Shown in pieces: positions 24,760 through 36,300 of a stretch of 48,088 bases of DNA. Below the pieces are notes generated by a model. The model saw only the letters and a program-made list of their open reading frames with translations. It did not search any database and had not been told where the DNA came from. This DNA comes from Hydrurus foetidus. Taxonomy: Eukaryota. Made by a program: the position numbers and the translations under genes. Within the stretch, counting starts at the first letter, position 1, and each line of letters begins with the position of its first letter. Location: the NCBI GenBank assembly GCA_900617105.1, contig UYFQ01000034.1:1-48088 (forward strand). The letters run 5' to 3'.

Positions 24760-25641
24760 CTTCAGACCAGCTGATTCCACTGTCCCGAATTAGATGATAT
24801 TATACGCTAAGTTCTGATCAGATTAAAGTTCGACTTGCAATCTTGCAATCGAAGATGAAGACGTACAGACGTCCTTTTTATTTTTTATATTTACCGTATA
24901 CCGTATACCCCCAACCAGATCATCGCTCCATCAATTTTACTGGATCTATGACCTAAATGACTGCATAGCACCTAAAAATGATGGTGGTGCATATTTCATA
25001 TTTCTGTACCTTTGGATGTGAAGTGGGCATCGAAAATACGCTGCATTGGGAGGCGAGGTGCTTGAGTTATAGGTACTTGGGGGATAATGAAATGCAGCAG
25101 CATAATAGCAAAGTATCAAAGCACTACTCATATCCGCAATATGTTTTTTGACTGAACAGTAATCGTAGTTATTTTCATCGCTTTTATTCCGTTTCGTAAG
25201 TATTGTTGATTTATATTTTCCCACCACCTTTATTTCCTTCATGTTTTTTCTCACTCTGTGATAAAGTGCAGAACGTTTAAACTAATCCTATGTGAACCTC
25301 AGACGTAGCATGGTCCTACATAAGAGTAGATCACAGTGTTTCGAATGAGGTATTACTCAGACATCAGCTGCATAAAAGTCGTATGGGATCTTCGAAAAGC
25401 CGTTAGAAAATTTTGCACCATTATGATTAAAAACAGTATGACTAACAGGGTAGAAACAGAAGGACACGATCTATGGCACGGTCCGGTCTATAGAAGGAAA
25501 AAGTAAGCTGAAAAAAGTTCGAATCATCACCTACTTCTTCATGAAGAAAAAGTGCAACGAAGATATCATCGCATTCATGAAAAGTTGTTAACGCCCCTGC
25601 GTGTTAGAAGACGCTTTCTCGCATAGCTTGCCAAGATTAAA

Positions 25642-26523
25642 TCATAGTGTGGTCCCAGTAGCTATTCGACTGATGCTTTCTTCAGACAGCCTGTACACTG
25701 TCCAGTCACTCATAGCTTCAGCGCCAAGACCGAGATAAAACTGAATTGCACTCTTGTTCCAGTCAAGACACCACCACTCGACTCTACCGCAATTTTCCTT
25801 CAGCGCTGTTCCGCATACATGCTTAAGCAATTGCGTGCCGAATCCCCTCCCTCGGAATTCTTCGCGGACGTACAAGTCTTCTATGTATACCCCTCGTCTA
25901 CCCAAAAATGTTGAGAAATTGTAGAAGTACAACACAAAGCCCGCGGAGACCCCATCTATTTCGAGAATGACGACATTCGCATTGGATGCTCTACTGTTGT
26001 TTTTGGGGTATAAACTTTCTAGCAGGATTTCACTTGATGCAACAACAGAATCTTCCATTTCCTCGAATCGCGCTAGCTCCTTGATGAAAGTTAGGATGAG
26101 GCCCGCATCTTCAACTTCCGCAGGGCGCATAACGACTTTCGCATCTTTATCAATCTTCCACATTTCCTTCCTAGCTGCAGGGTTAACCTGGATCGTGCCT
26201 GCCGGCTGTATTGGTTGACCACCCCCTTTCCTCCTCGCGTCCACAATTTCTGAAGTTTTGATGGCAATAGATTGCTTCAGTCTATCTATCCGCTGCCCCT
26301 CTTTCTCATCAACAGATACTAGCACTTCGTTATCTCTTTTTGTTGCTCCGTCCTTCTGCGCAGTGTCTGCAACCCTCGCACAGTACTCAGATAGCACAAC
26401 AACCATGCGCAACAGTAATGAGATGAAAGTTGTGACGAAGATTGACAAGAAACTCGAGCACATTTTTCCGATTCTCCATCCAATTTTACGAGAACCTCCC
26501 TCCATTTCGCTAAGGGAATGCAT
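25642..26523 (-). CDS. GNAT-family N-acetyltransferase (diamine/spermidine N1-acetyltransferase-like) with an N-terminal extension; true start uncertain
   Basis: MRPAEVEDAGLILTFIKELARFE, FYNFSTFLGRRGVYIEDLYVREEFRGRGFG (acetyl-CoA motif RGxGxG), EWWCLDWNKSAIQFY...W. Confidence 0.88.
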   Translation of the reverse strand: MHSLSEMEGGSRKIGWRIGKMCSSFLSIFVTTFISLLLRMVVVLSEYCARVADTAQKDGATKRDNEVLVSVDEKEGQRIDRLKQSIAIKTSEIVDARRKGGGQPIQPAGTIQVNPAARKEMWKIDKDAKVVMRPAEVEDAGLILTFIKELARFEEMEDSVVASSEILLESLYPKNNSRASNANVVILEIDGVSAGFVLYFYNFSTFLGRRGVYIEDLYVREEFRGRGFGTQLLKHVCGTALKENCGRVEWWCLDWNKSAIQFYLGLGAEAMSDWTVYRLSEESISRIATGTTL

Positions 26524-27642
26524 CTTAAACACTAGAAATGAGGTGCTGCATTTAGTAAGAGCAATCGATCCTCATTTTGAAGCAGCTATAATTTCTTGCT
26601 CAGTTGGATTTACCTCCATTGTTATGAAGTAACCTGACTGGAGAGAACAGCTTTGTTTCCAACGCTTTTGACGCTGTCCGTTGCCTCGTCACTAATTGTC
26701 TCGAAGTCAATGAGAAGCCTTCGGAGATATTTGACGAAGACTGTAAGAAGAACCATCCTAGAAGAAATTTGCGAGTCATGCCCTACAAGACGCTTTCGAC
26801 TAAAGATGAATTCCTTCGCTACGGCAGGAAGCCTCCTCTAATACCTCATCTAATAGCCCCGGAGAACTTGTTCGATTCGTGAGAGGTTTCTGCTCAGACG
26901 TTCTTCAAGGTTCGTATACAGTTCTGAGCTGCGTTGGCCCATATGCAATAGGCTTTGGCGAGATTTGCCTCCAGGCAAGGGGGTATTACGACCGCAGAAG
27001 AAAAGTAGCACTTCGAAACGGTAATCCTGCACAGGGGAGGGTGCACAACAATAGAATAGCACTTTCAGGACTATTCTATACGAAAAGTCCACAGAAAAAT
27101 GAAAATTGGTTTAATTTTTCATTTTTTGTGTACTTTTCCTGTATGCACCCCCCCCTCATCAGACGATTTCTTCAGAGCGAAAGTGCTACTTTTACTCTGC
27201 GGGCGTAATACCGTCGCCGACCCTATGTTTGCGGGGGAGTTGAGAGTATACCCGTGACATAGGACCTCTTTTTGTCCGAGGAATAGGAGATCATACTTAT
27301 TGGACCTTCTGCACTCCAAGCACAACTACAAATTCAAAATTGCTTCTCCTGCAATTCTGAGTGGTGCATTCCGTCACTTAAGTTTTGTTCTTTCCTCGTG
27401 CAACAGGTTCTATTCGCTGAAGACCTGATCGCATCGCAGGAGATTTTGCACGGAGCCATCATCAATTTCGACACGGTCCGTAAGCAGCTGAATATTTTTT
27501 AAGGGATAGCCCAATCTGCAGAACTGTCAGCTAATCGACCTCAAGATTAATGTATAAAAACAGAATCCGTTTTGTCCGGCAGGCCACGAGGTCTACTTGA
27601 TTTCAAAATTGACATGTCCTCCAATTACCTTGTTTTTTAGTC

Positions 27643-28449
27643 ATGCCGCTGATTGCGACTATCGATTGCACAGCGAGTGGGCTTTTCGCCTTGGATAAGA
27701 GAATCAAGGTCAAGAAAGGGTCTACTTGCAGGTTGAAGCGTAACTTCGACAATCTGCACGGTGAGCGTCCTATCAAAGTGGAAGTGAACTTTACTTGATG
27801 TCCTCACCAAGAATATTTTCTGCCAAGTACATGCTTATTTTCTGAATGCTGATTGATGCTGACAATTTACACTAGATAAGGTGCGAGGTGAATCGCTGCC
27901 CAAATTTTCTCTATTTCTCTTACTTATAGTTTCTAGCAGCTTAAATGCTACGTCAGTATTCGACGAAGAGTTCCTCAGTATTCCCTGTATAGTCAGAACT
28001 GCTGAACACCTAGCACTCTACCGAGACATACCTCACTTCTCAACAACAACTTATCTGCTACCACAGTCATTTGTGCTGTAGACTTACGACCCGTTAATTA
28101 TTGTGCTCTTACTGATACCATGTTTTTTTTTTGCTGATTATTAGATGCGAACTGTATCCAAGTGCTCGCCCCTGATGATATGGAGGGCGGTAACAAAGGG
28201 TTTTATGACCCTGGTGAGCACATAGGAAATCTGCGGAGGGAATGGGCGGCATTGCTTGCTCCCATATTAGATATGCTAATCGAAACTGATACGTTGTCTT
28301 CTGTATCTTTTGACTGCTGTTTGTATGATGGAGACACATCGCACGCCAGAAATGGTTACGCATTGAGAATTTTTGTAGTCAGTAGCAATACAACTGAATT
28401 CAATCTAAAACTCTCATCCTTTTTCAGTGACTCTCAGTCACAGTACTGA
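27643..28449 (+). CDS. Stand-alone HIRAN-like domain protein, 140 aa, two exons (27643-27760, 28145-28449)
   Basis: Phase-1 intron G|GTGAGC...TTATTAG|AT; spliced product MPLIATIDCTASGLFALDKRIKVKKGSTCRLKRNFDNLHDANCIQVLAP...GEHIGNLRREWAALLAPILD; homologous to 7700-8267 with identical intron position. Confidence 0.8.
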
Positions 28450-28568
28450 CTAATTCTTGTACCCTGCATTTCTGTGACTTGACTGATAAGCACTGATTTA
28501 TTCAGTTTGAACCGAATTACTTGCATGTAATTAATAATTGTTTTTTATAATACATGTTTGTATAAGAT

Positions 28569-28937
28569 ATATTAGTGAAGAAAAAATGCGAAAAGTAGAG
28601 TGCAAGTTGTGCGTTAGGCTATCGCTATAACTACTGCTGAGATGATGACCGTTTTAGTGGCAGTGAGTACATGTAAACCGTACGTGCAATATTATTTTTT
28701 TTCTTGAAATCAATGTCCTATACGTATGTGTAACATATTAGTGAGAAAAAAATACGAAAAGTAGAGCGCAAGTTATGTGTTAGGCTATCGCTATAACTAC
28801 TGCTGAGATGATGACCGTTTTAGTGGCAGTGAGTACATGTAAACCGTACGTGCAATATTATTTTTTTTCTTGAAATCAATGTCCTATACGTATGTGTAAC
28901 ATATTAGTGAGAAAAAAATACGAAAAGTGGAGTGCAA
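28569..28937. repeat. 166-bp tandem duplication (~2.2 copies) between the convergent 3' ends of the two P2 genes
   Basis: ATATTAGTGA unit starts at 28569, 28735 and 28901. Confidence 0.9.
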
Positions 28938-28952
28938 TTTGGCGATATTAAA

Positions 28953-31615
28953 TTACAAACACTCTATAAAATTCATTGCCTCTGTTATCTCATGATCGTA
29001 TTCTAACATGGCACTATCATATTCTAACATAAAATTGATCGCAGGTATTTCTCCATTTGTCTCATCCAACGCAATGTCACTAAAGTCAACGCTGTTATGA
29101 CTGGAGGTTGCAGAAGTCCCAGTAGGTATAACCTTCATTGTGCCACATAAATTATGTTTTGAGTACGGTTGAAATATTGGTTGTGACACATCGCTATCAT
29201 CTAATGGAACACAACCTGTACTAATGAATGACCTTTTTACTCCTTCAGCAAATTTTATCTCTTTGAATCCACCAGCTAAAAGATCGAATAGATCTTGGAT
29301 GCCTTGGAGCATCTCGGGTTTAGGGGGTTGAAAGACAGGTAACGTACGTTCATGTACATCTTTTGCTGATTCTTCTTCGTACTTTTTTTTAAAAGCCTGG
29401 AAACTTTCCACTATTCTAGCTCCTCTCAAATTTCTTGTGTGTGCTTTCAGAGGCCCATTAACAACCAAATCTAATACTTGTAGAACACCTGTCATATTGG
29501 GGGGCAAACAAGCTATTTGTACACCTAACTCACTGATTACCTCATCAACCATATTTGTTTTGTGGCATCCACAATTGTCAAACCATATCATTAACTTTCC
29601 TAGCCTTGATTTCAGTGGTTTTACGACAGTTTCTAACCACATGATCATTCTAACTGTATCGTTCCATGCCTTGAACTGACTAGTTATAACATGACCTGTA
29701 ACTTTGTTAATAATATAGTAACATGCATGAGTATTTGTCACACCTTTTATTGTCAACTCTTTTGTCCACTTAATTAGATCCCATTCATCATCTACACCAA
29801 ATCCTTTATTCTTTTTATGGAGGTCCTGTATAACCCTCATCCCTGATTGGTCTGGTCTTTCTTCTGAGCTAACTGAGTGTTTAATGATAATGAATAAAGG
29901 CACAAACTCACCATTACCACTTACCGCAACAACCGCTGTTATGCGAAGCATCGTATTAGGTATACCAATATTCTGAGCGCGTTGTTGGTCGGGTGGACAG
30001 TACATGTATTCCGGGCCTATCGCGTAGGTAAAAGCTGTTTCATCCATATTTATTGTTGTATCTCTGGTGTGTCCAAAGTCTTTGTACATTGTTTGACCGA
30101 TTTCCATTATCCTCTTTATTTCTTCATCTGATGGTACATTTTTATCATCAGTCGTTATCTTTCTTCTACGCATGTTTGCCCGCGTCAAAAATTTTCGAAC
30201 CCATTTTGAACTGAACTCAAGAGCTTGTATTTTATCATCATTAATCCACCTATCACTCGCTTGAACAGTCTTTGCAGCTTGTTCGATTATTGCATAAGTG
30301 TAAACGACACTGACCAGGATACGTGGAACGTTGGTGAGGACACCCTCAACCTATCAAGATAGACACACGTACGTACGTTCGATATCTTAGTATTTGAGTT
30401 AGCAAAACGTGCATATACATTACTGCATAGTAAGATGCAGATCACTCACAAAAATGATAACAGATTATTTGATGTAATAAAATGATGTATCACGGTGAAT
30501 TTTGATGATACTTACATTTTTTGCTCAAATTCACATATCATTAAATTACCCCAGACATCAGCCTCGAATTCCACAGAGATCTTTCTCCCACATGTTTTTT
30601 TCACCACATCCCTTTTGACTACCCACCTCACTATTGTTTCCACAACAAGTTCAGAATATCTTGCATGTTTAATTAAAATTTCCTTGGTGTGAGTAGCTGT
30701 CACAATATTATTAGCTCTGTATTTTTCACCCTCTAACTCACTGCGAGCTGTAATTATAGTATCAAATAGTGAGATAACCAACTGTATCTCATGCAATTTG
30801 AATCTTATATTTCTATTAGGAAACTTTCCCAGCATTTGGTGGACAGCGGGATGGTTTACTATCTGTGATATTGTCACAGTATCATCAACGTCATCGTCGT
30901 CGAATATCTTTCGCCGTACAGCTTCTAAAGCACCAGCGCTTCGAGATGCAGATTCTTTTACTGCAGCATTGATGTATATTGTTGGTGACTCATTAGCAGC
31001 GCAAATGCTATTTGACACGAACTCATATACTTCTTTTGCGTATCTTCCCATCTGCCTCTCACCGATTTCGTCACCTTTCTTTCTCCGTTTGAACGATTCA
31101 GACTTTGCATTATTGACGTCCAGCTGATTTAACCATAATAAACCGTAAATCTCACTGATTGACACATACTTTGAATCTACTTTGCATGTTTTACTTAGCA
31201 ATGTGTTAGCAGTACTTGTAATTTCTGTAACTAAGTAGTCACGTGACTTATCATCATTCAGATGATTTGTCCCGAACTTTATATCTGTTCCCCTGCTCCT
31301 TGCCGCCAAGTCCATGAAAGCTTCCGTTCTCATTTCTCCCTTGGAGCTAATACTAATGACGCTGCAACCAAATTGCTCGATGGTCTTCTTGAAGATGCTC
31401 AAACCTTGATGCAAGGCCAACGCATCGAATCTGAAGTTGTGGTCTTCGTAGTGATCCATCATCCGCAGCTCAGCGCTAAGAGAACCGATCGACCACTGGT
31501 GATTTGCAGGCTTACTAGGACGACAAACGAGCGCTATGGCGACTGAGAAAGCGCACAATTCTACCGATAGAGATACCATCTGCAGTAATCGGATATAATA
31601 GTTAGAAATTCGCAT
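28953..31615 (-). CDS. pogo/Tigger-family transposase (CENP-B-type HTH + DD35D), two exons, ~800 aa
   Basis: LEFSSKWVRKFL HTH signature; INMDET, WFDNCGCH, LPPNMTGVLQVLD with 35 residues between D2 and D3; donor GTAAGT at 30515; acceptor uncertain (the TAG at ~30351 is out of phase, a CAG at ~30311 is in phase). Confidence 0.88.
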
Positions 31616-32004
31616 TCAGGAGCGATGCAGATACGCAGGCCTGCCGGACAACATCGATTATCTAACTAGATGTACTAACAAACGCATAAATCGTCGCTAG
31701 AGGTTGCTCGAGCCAAACGATTTCTCATTATTGAGTCCCAAACATGCTTGTGTCAAAAAGTGGTTGATGTCGCGGCATCACGATTTTTTCGATCAAATTT
31801 CACCTTTCGAATTTTTTGACAGAGGACGGCAGAGAACTTGAATGGACTCGTCAGAAACACTGGTCGCTTTGCAAGAAGATGGAGAGTTGACTGATATCGT
31901 GATCGATGAATGGCTACTGTTTGATGTTTTCATGGTAACTAAAAATTCGACGTAAAAGGGTCCTAAGTCACAGGAAATCCGCAAACATAGGGTCGGCGAC
32001 GGTA

Positions 32005-32979
32005 TATAAAGAGAGGGGGCACTCTTCCACCCAGAGAGATTCTCACAGCGGTCCCGCCTGATTTTTGAAAAAAGGAAATCCCCGGAAGCGATCAGCGGTT
32101 ACAGTTCTGCATGTGCAATTGGCATTTCAGTACTCAGTAGCGCAACTTTCATATAGCAGTCATACGGCGAGTAGCCAGTCTATTGTTTACAGCAAGCCTA
32201 TGCATTTTTCTGCTTTGGTGATAACATATTCCCTCGGACCTCTTCATATTGGCGTCATGAATTCATCTGTAATGAGTCTCGAAACATTTGTTCAATCCGA
32301 AGGCATCTATGAGAAAACCATCGAAGAATTGTTTGATTGTGAAATTCTTTTCCTTGCACGTGAGACCATTCATGTGGCATTCTTTGTGCACTTTATGGCC
32401 GATGAAAAATCTTGCCTGGCATTGCAGAAGATTGCAGGCACTCCTTTATTGTCAAGCTTAGCACTTAGAAAAGTGTCCAGAGATTCCTTCAGAATCTGTA
32501 AGGCTTGATAACCATCGATTACAGTCGACCTGGAATACAGAAAAAGGCGACGGTTAGAAAATGTCCATTTCCTGAGCGCATCTGCACCAAATTTGCTGAA
32601 CGCAAAAAATCATGTTGAAGAGATTGTGCAAAAGAATGGTGCAGATGAGCTTCGTAGAGTAAAAAGTTCTCGGTGATAGCATTCCGGTATAGGCACTGCA
32701 TGGGAAAATTTCGGGTTCTAGGATAGACAGATGAAGATAAAACTCACATCACAGAATGCGCACGATGTCAGTCTGAAAGGCAGAGCGACCACAGTTCGAA
32801 AATCAGACGTTCTGATTTCGCCTTGTGTGATGTAGCAGATGGCAATGTCATGTGCGATTGTCCTCCCATCCCACACTGTCTCGTGAGGATATCACACTCG
32901 GGTATTTGAAAGTTAGGTTAGGGGGCTGTGAGAAAAAGCTGGGTGGGCCGGGCTCTCGTTAGTGCCCCCTCTCCTTTTA
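32005..32979. mobile_element. Possible ~1-kb non-autonomous TIR element of unknown family abutting P2
   Basis: Imperfect 19-bp IR TATAAAGAGAGGGGGCACT (32005-32023) / AGTGCCCCCTCTCCTTTTA (32961-32979), TA-flanked; no recognisable coding content. Confidence 0.4.
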
Positions 32980-33384
32980 TACCCCTTGCTCCAGGCTGGT
33001 GACACCAAGAAACTGTCGTAACTAAGGATTCAGTTTCCACTGAATGGACAACTATATCCTTCCTGGGTACGCTCTCCCTCTGCAGGTTCAACACGTGCGC
33101 TAGTAGCTATCCCAGGCTCAAGGCGAAAGCTCTGCTGGTGTGAGTATTAAGGTAATTAACGATGCAACATCGCTTACATCGTTCATGGAGACAGTCGACA
33201 AATTCGATCTGTCCCGGACCCTTTGCACGGTCAGCGCATCCATTTGATAATCTATAATTATGACCCTGAATGACACTATGCCCCTGAATGCCCCTAAGGG
33301 TCATCAGGGTCATCAGGGTCATTGAGGGTCATTGGGGGTCATTAATATACGGTTTAGCACAGTATTTCTCTTTTGATGACCCTG

Positions 33385-36300
33385 CAGGGGTTGCACGATC
33401 GTGGGCCCATTGCGCCCCTCAACCAAAATTATTTGATCATTTCCAATTCTCAACAACTGCAGTGCTTTCATCTGACGATATATCACGATCAATTCTTCAT
33501 CGCCAGTTCCCGCAAGGAATTCCTCCCCACCAACTCGACCATGGTGAGTTTGCTGGTGTCCTTTTTTTTCCTCTAGCGTGAATCCTAACTGCAAATTTTG
33601 CGATGTGAGCTCGAAACATCGTAACCATCCCAAAGTATAAGCTGGAACACTCATCTCCTAAGATGATTAGGGGTGGTTTTCTTGCTTAATCTGCTCTTAA
33701 ACATCATCTGAAGCAATAATTTCGATGGGGGTCAATTGTTGCCATCAATTTTACGATCACTTTTTGATGACTTCTCAAAAAATTATTTCGATTACAGAAG
33801 TTTTCATACTGAGCTTCGAGCGTAACTAGCCTTGGCGATTATTTCTGAAATTCTATGAACAAGAAGGTAGAGCAGGAAACTGTTACTGTTGTTTATCACG
33901 TGAATTGAATCCAATCGCCGAACTACTCTCCATAGCTTGAGTCATATGACACGATTCCTTTTCCCATCTCTATTCTATGCAGATGTTTTTCCGGCGTTAC
34001 ATCTAAAATTTTTAATTGATTAGACTCGATAAGTTCTAGTTATGTTATTCTGAGATGATGGCAGCGAAGAAATTGTTGTTGAGGAGTTTTTCATGGTGGT
34101 TAATTACAAAGTAGAGGATGAAATATCGTCGGAAGAAAAGAAAGAATAAATGATATATAATGAGCGTCCGACAGTTCCTCCTAGCATGACTATACAAGAG
34201 TCACGAGCTATCAATTACAGAAGGAATGAAAGCACAAAAAATGGTCCTAGGAGCCGTTTATAGATAATCTTACGTCATCCATACTATTACAGTCTATGAT
34301 ATAAGTATTAAAAACTTGCCCAGTCACATGAAGTTCAGTCTGCATCTTGCACTTTATATAATCTTCTCTTTTCGCATTTGCTTCCTCTGCAGGAATGTAA
34401 AGAATAACTATCGGCACTTTCATTTCACTTGTCTTCAGTGGAATGTAGTACTCATTTTCTATGACATTTTTGCAAGTGAGCAATTTTACCGTCACACATA
34501 GTGTACCCTTTTTTATAATAGCTCTATTGATTAAGCTATCGATTGTGTACTCGCACTGCATGTCTTTCGACAACTCCTTAACTTTTTTTGTCATAATTCC
34601 GAAGACAAATGCCTCATCGCTTACGTCTTTTTTTGTCTCGGAATTGCTACAATTATAGGAGTCTCAGAGTTGATTGCAAGAGGTCCTTGAAAGAATTGTA
34701 GCCGTCTAGATTCATCTGTCAAGCAGTCTTTTCTGACAATTTTTTCTTTGAAGGGTAACTTCAGGAAAGTTTCATCCCTCAAGGGCCCAGATATATCCCC
34801 ATGTAAACATTCCTCGAAGTGACCTTGAATACATCCATCACAGAAACATGCATGGGAGCGACTTCTGAATCTCACTTTCCCTTCTTCACACTTCGCAATA
34901 AGGCTGTATATTGTTTTGATATTCTTTATTGGTGGTGCATCCCATCTTTCATCAATGTAGTTCGTTATGATAACATCTCTCTGATGGATTGACCTTTGTA
35001 CCATTTCAGGTGTTGCATCGGCAGCATCAACAAGAAATCTATAACGCCGCCCCGTAATTGTCATTGGGTTCTTCTTTGAGTTTTCGACAACACCTGGAAT
35101 CAGCTCATACTTCGAGGTAAATAATTTGAATAAGTCGTAGCTTGTTGGGCATCTTGTCCCTTCCTCCTCGCTTCTCTCCAGTCTACGATATAATGCCTTT
35201 GTCACGTCACCCTGACCATCGACCATAGTTTAAATGATGCTGTCGGTGCGAAATTATGAGTAACAGTTATATTATTCTCTTCTGCTAAAGCTGCAACAAA
35301 GTAGGCATTACGCCTACTTTTGTATCGTTCCGCACACCCATCAGTAAATATGTTAACCCGATTCAACTCAAGAGTTCTGTATTCCTTAAGAATGTGTCTC
35401 GTACAGACACTATGGTAGTAGCTATTAGCCTCCAGTACTCCACCTTGACCTGACCAAAAATGCCAAACCTCGTTTTCTTGAATTCGCCTCTCAACCTCAT
35501 TTTCTAACCGTACAAGGCGGGGACTATGGGTCGCTAGAAATTTGCACTGGTTGGATCGACATGGAATTGCAGTATTGAGTTTGTCTTGCACATCGTGATC
35601 AAGCACAGCCGAGAAGTCAGTCATTAAATGCAATGCGCCTGGTAAGGATGTGTTTACACATACAGTTCTTGCTTGTGCGTTCCATGTCACGTTCCACTCA
35701 TGTGGCATCGCTAGTACTGCACAATTGATAAGATGTTCTATTAACTCATCTCCATTCATTTTGGTCTCCACAATCTCTAATTGCATTCCTCTCGATCGTC
35801 CGAGTACGTTCACGTATTTCCGTACTAAAACTTGAACATCACTATTCCTCTCAGCAGCGCATAAGCTGTCATCACTAAAAAACTTTTTAACACCGCATTC
35901 ACTGCACTGTTGATAAGCACATTCCTTTGAATGACATGTAAACATGGGCCCCCAATTCACTAATTGTATCTTATCGGTCTGTCTTGCTGCACCTTCTCGT
36001 TTTATGTTTCTATTTACATTTTCAGAGCTTAGTTTTTGAGTTTTTTTTTCTAGTTCAGCGTCAATGTTTTTTTTCCATATTATCAATTGTCATTTTAAAA
36101 TCTTTATTCTCCGATAGATCTGGATATCCAGTTCTTGCACATATGACAGCATCTTTAAAGTATGTTAAAGACGTGGGGCACCTCATATAGTTCTCGTTTT
36201 TGTGCGCTATGCAAGTACACGATTTTATTGTATTTGATATACTTTGGAATCTTCTTATATTTCCTAGAGCTTCCAGGGCATTGTTAAGATTTACTTGATC

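Larger units (their letters stand above)
27211..32002 (-). mobile_element. pogo/Tigger-like TIR DNA transposon (element P2, 4792 bp) with transposase plus HIRAN-like gene
   Basis: Perfect 24-bp TIR CCGTCGCCGACCCTATGTTTGCGG (27211-27234 / 31979-32002); TA TSD (27209-10, 32003-04); imperfect subterminal IR GTGAC(A/T)TAGGACC. Confidence 0.93.

Noticed and set aside
24946..25254. 102-aa minus-strand ORF
   Set aside because: No recognisable motif, non-ATG start, AT-rich intergenic context
32065..32508. 147-aa ORF within the small IR-bounded segment
   Set aside because: TTG start and no recognisable domain on either strand
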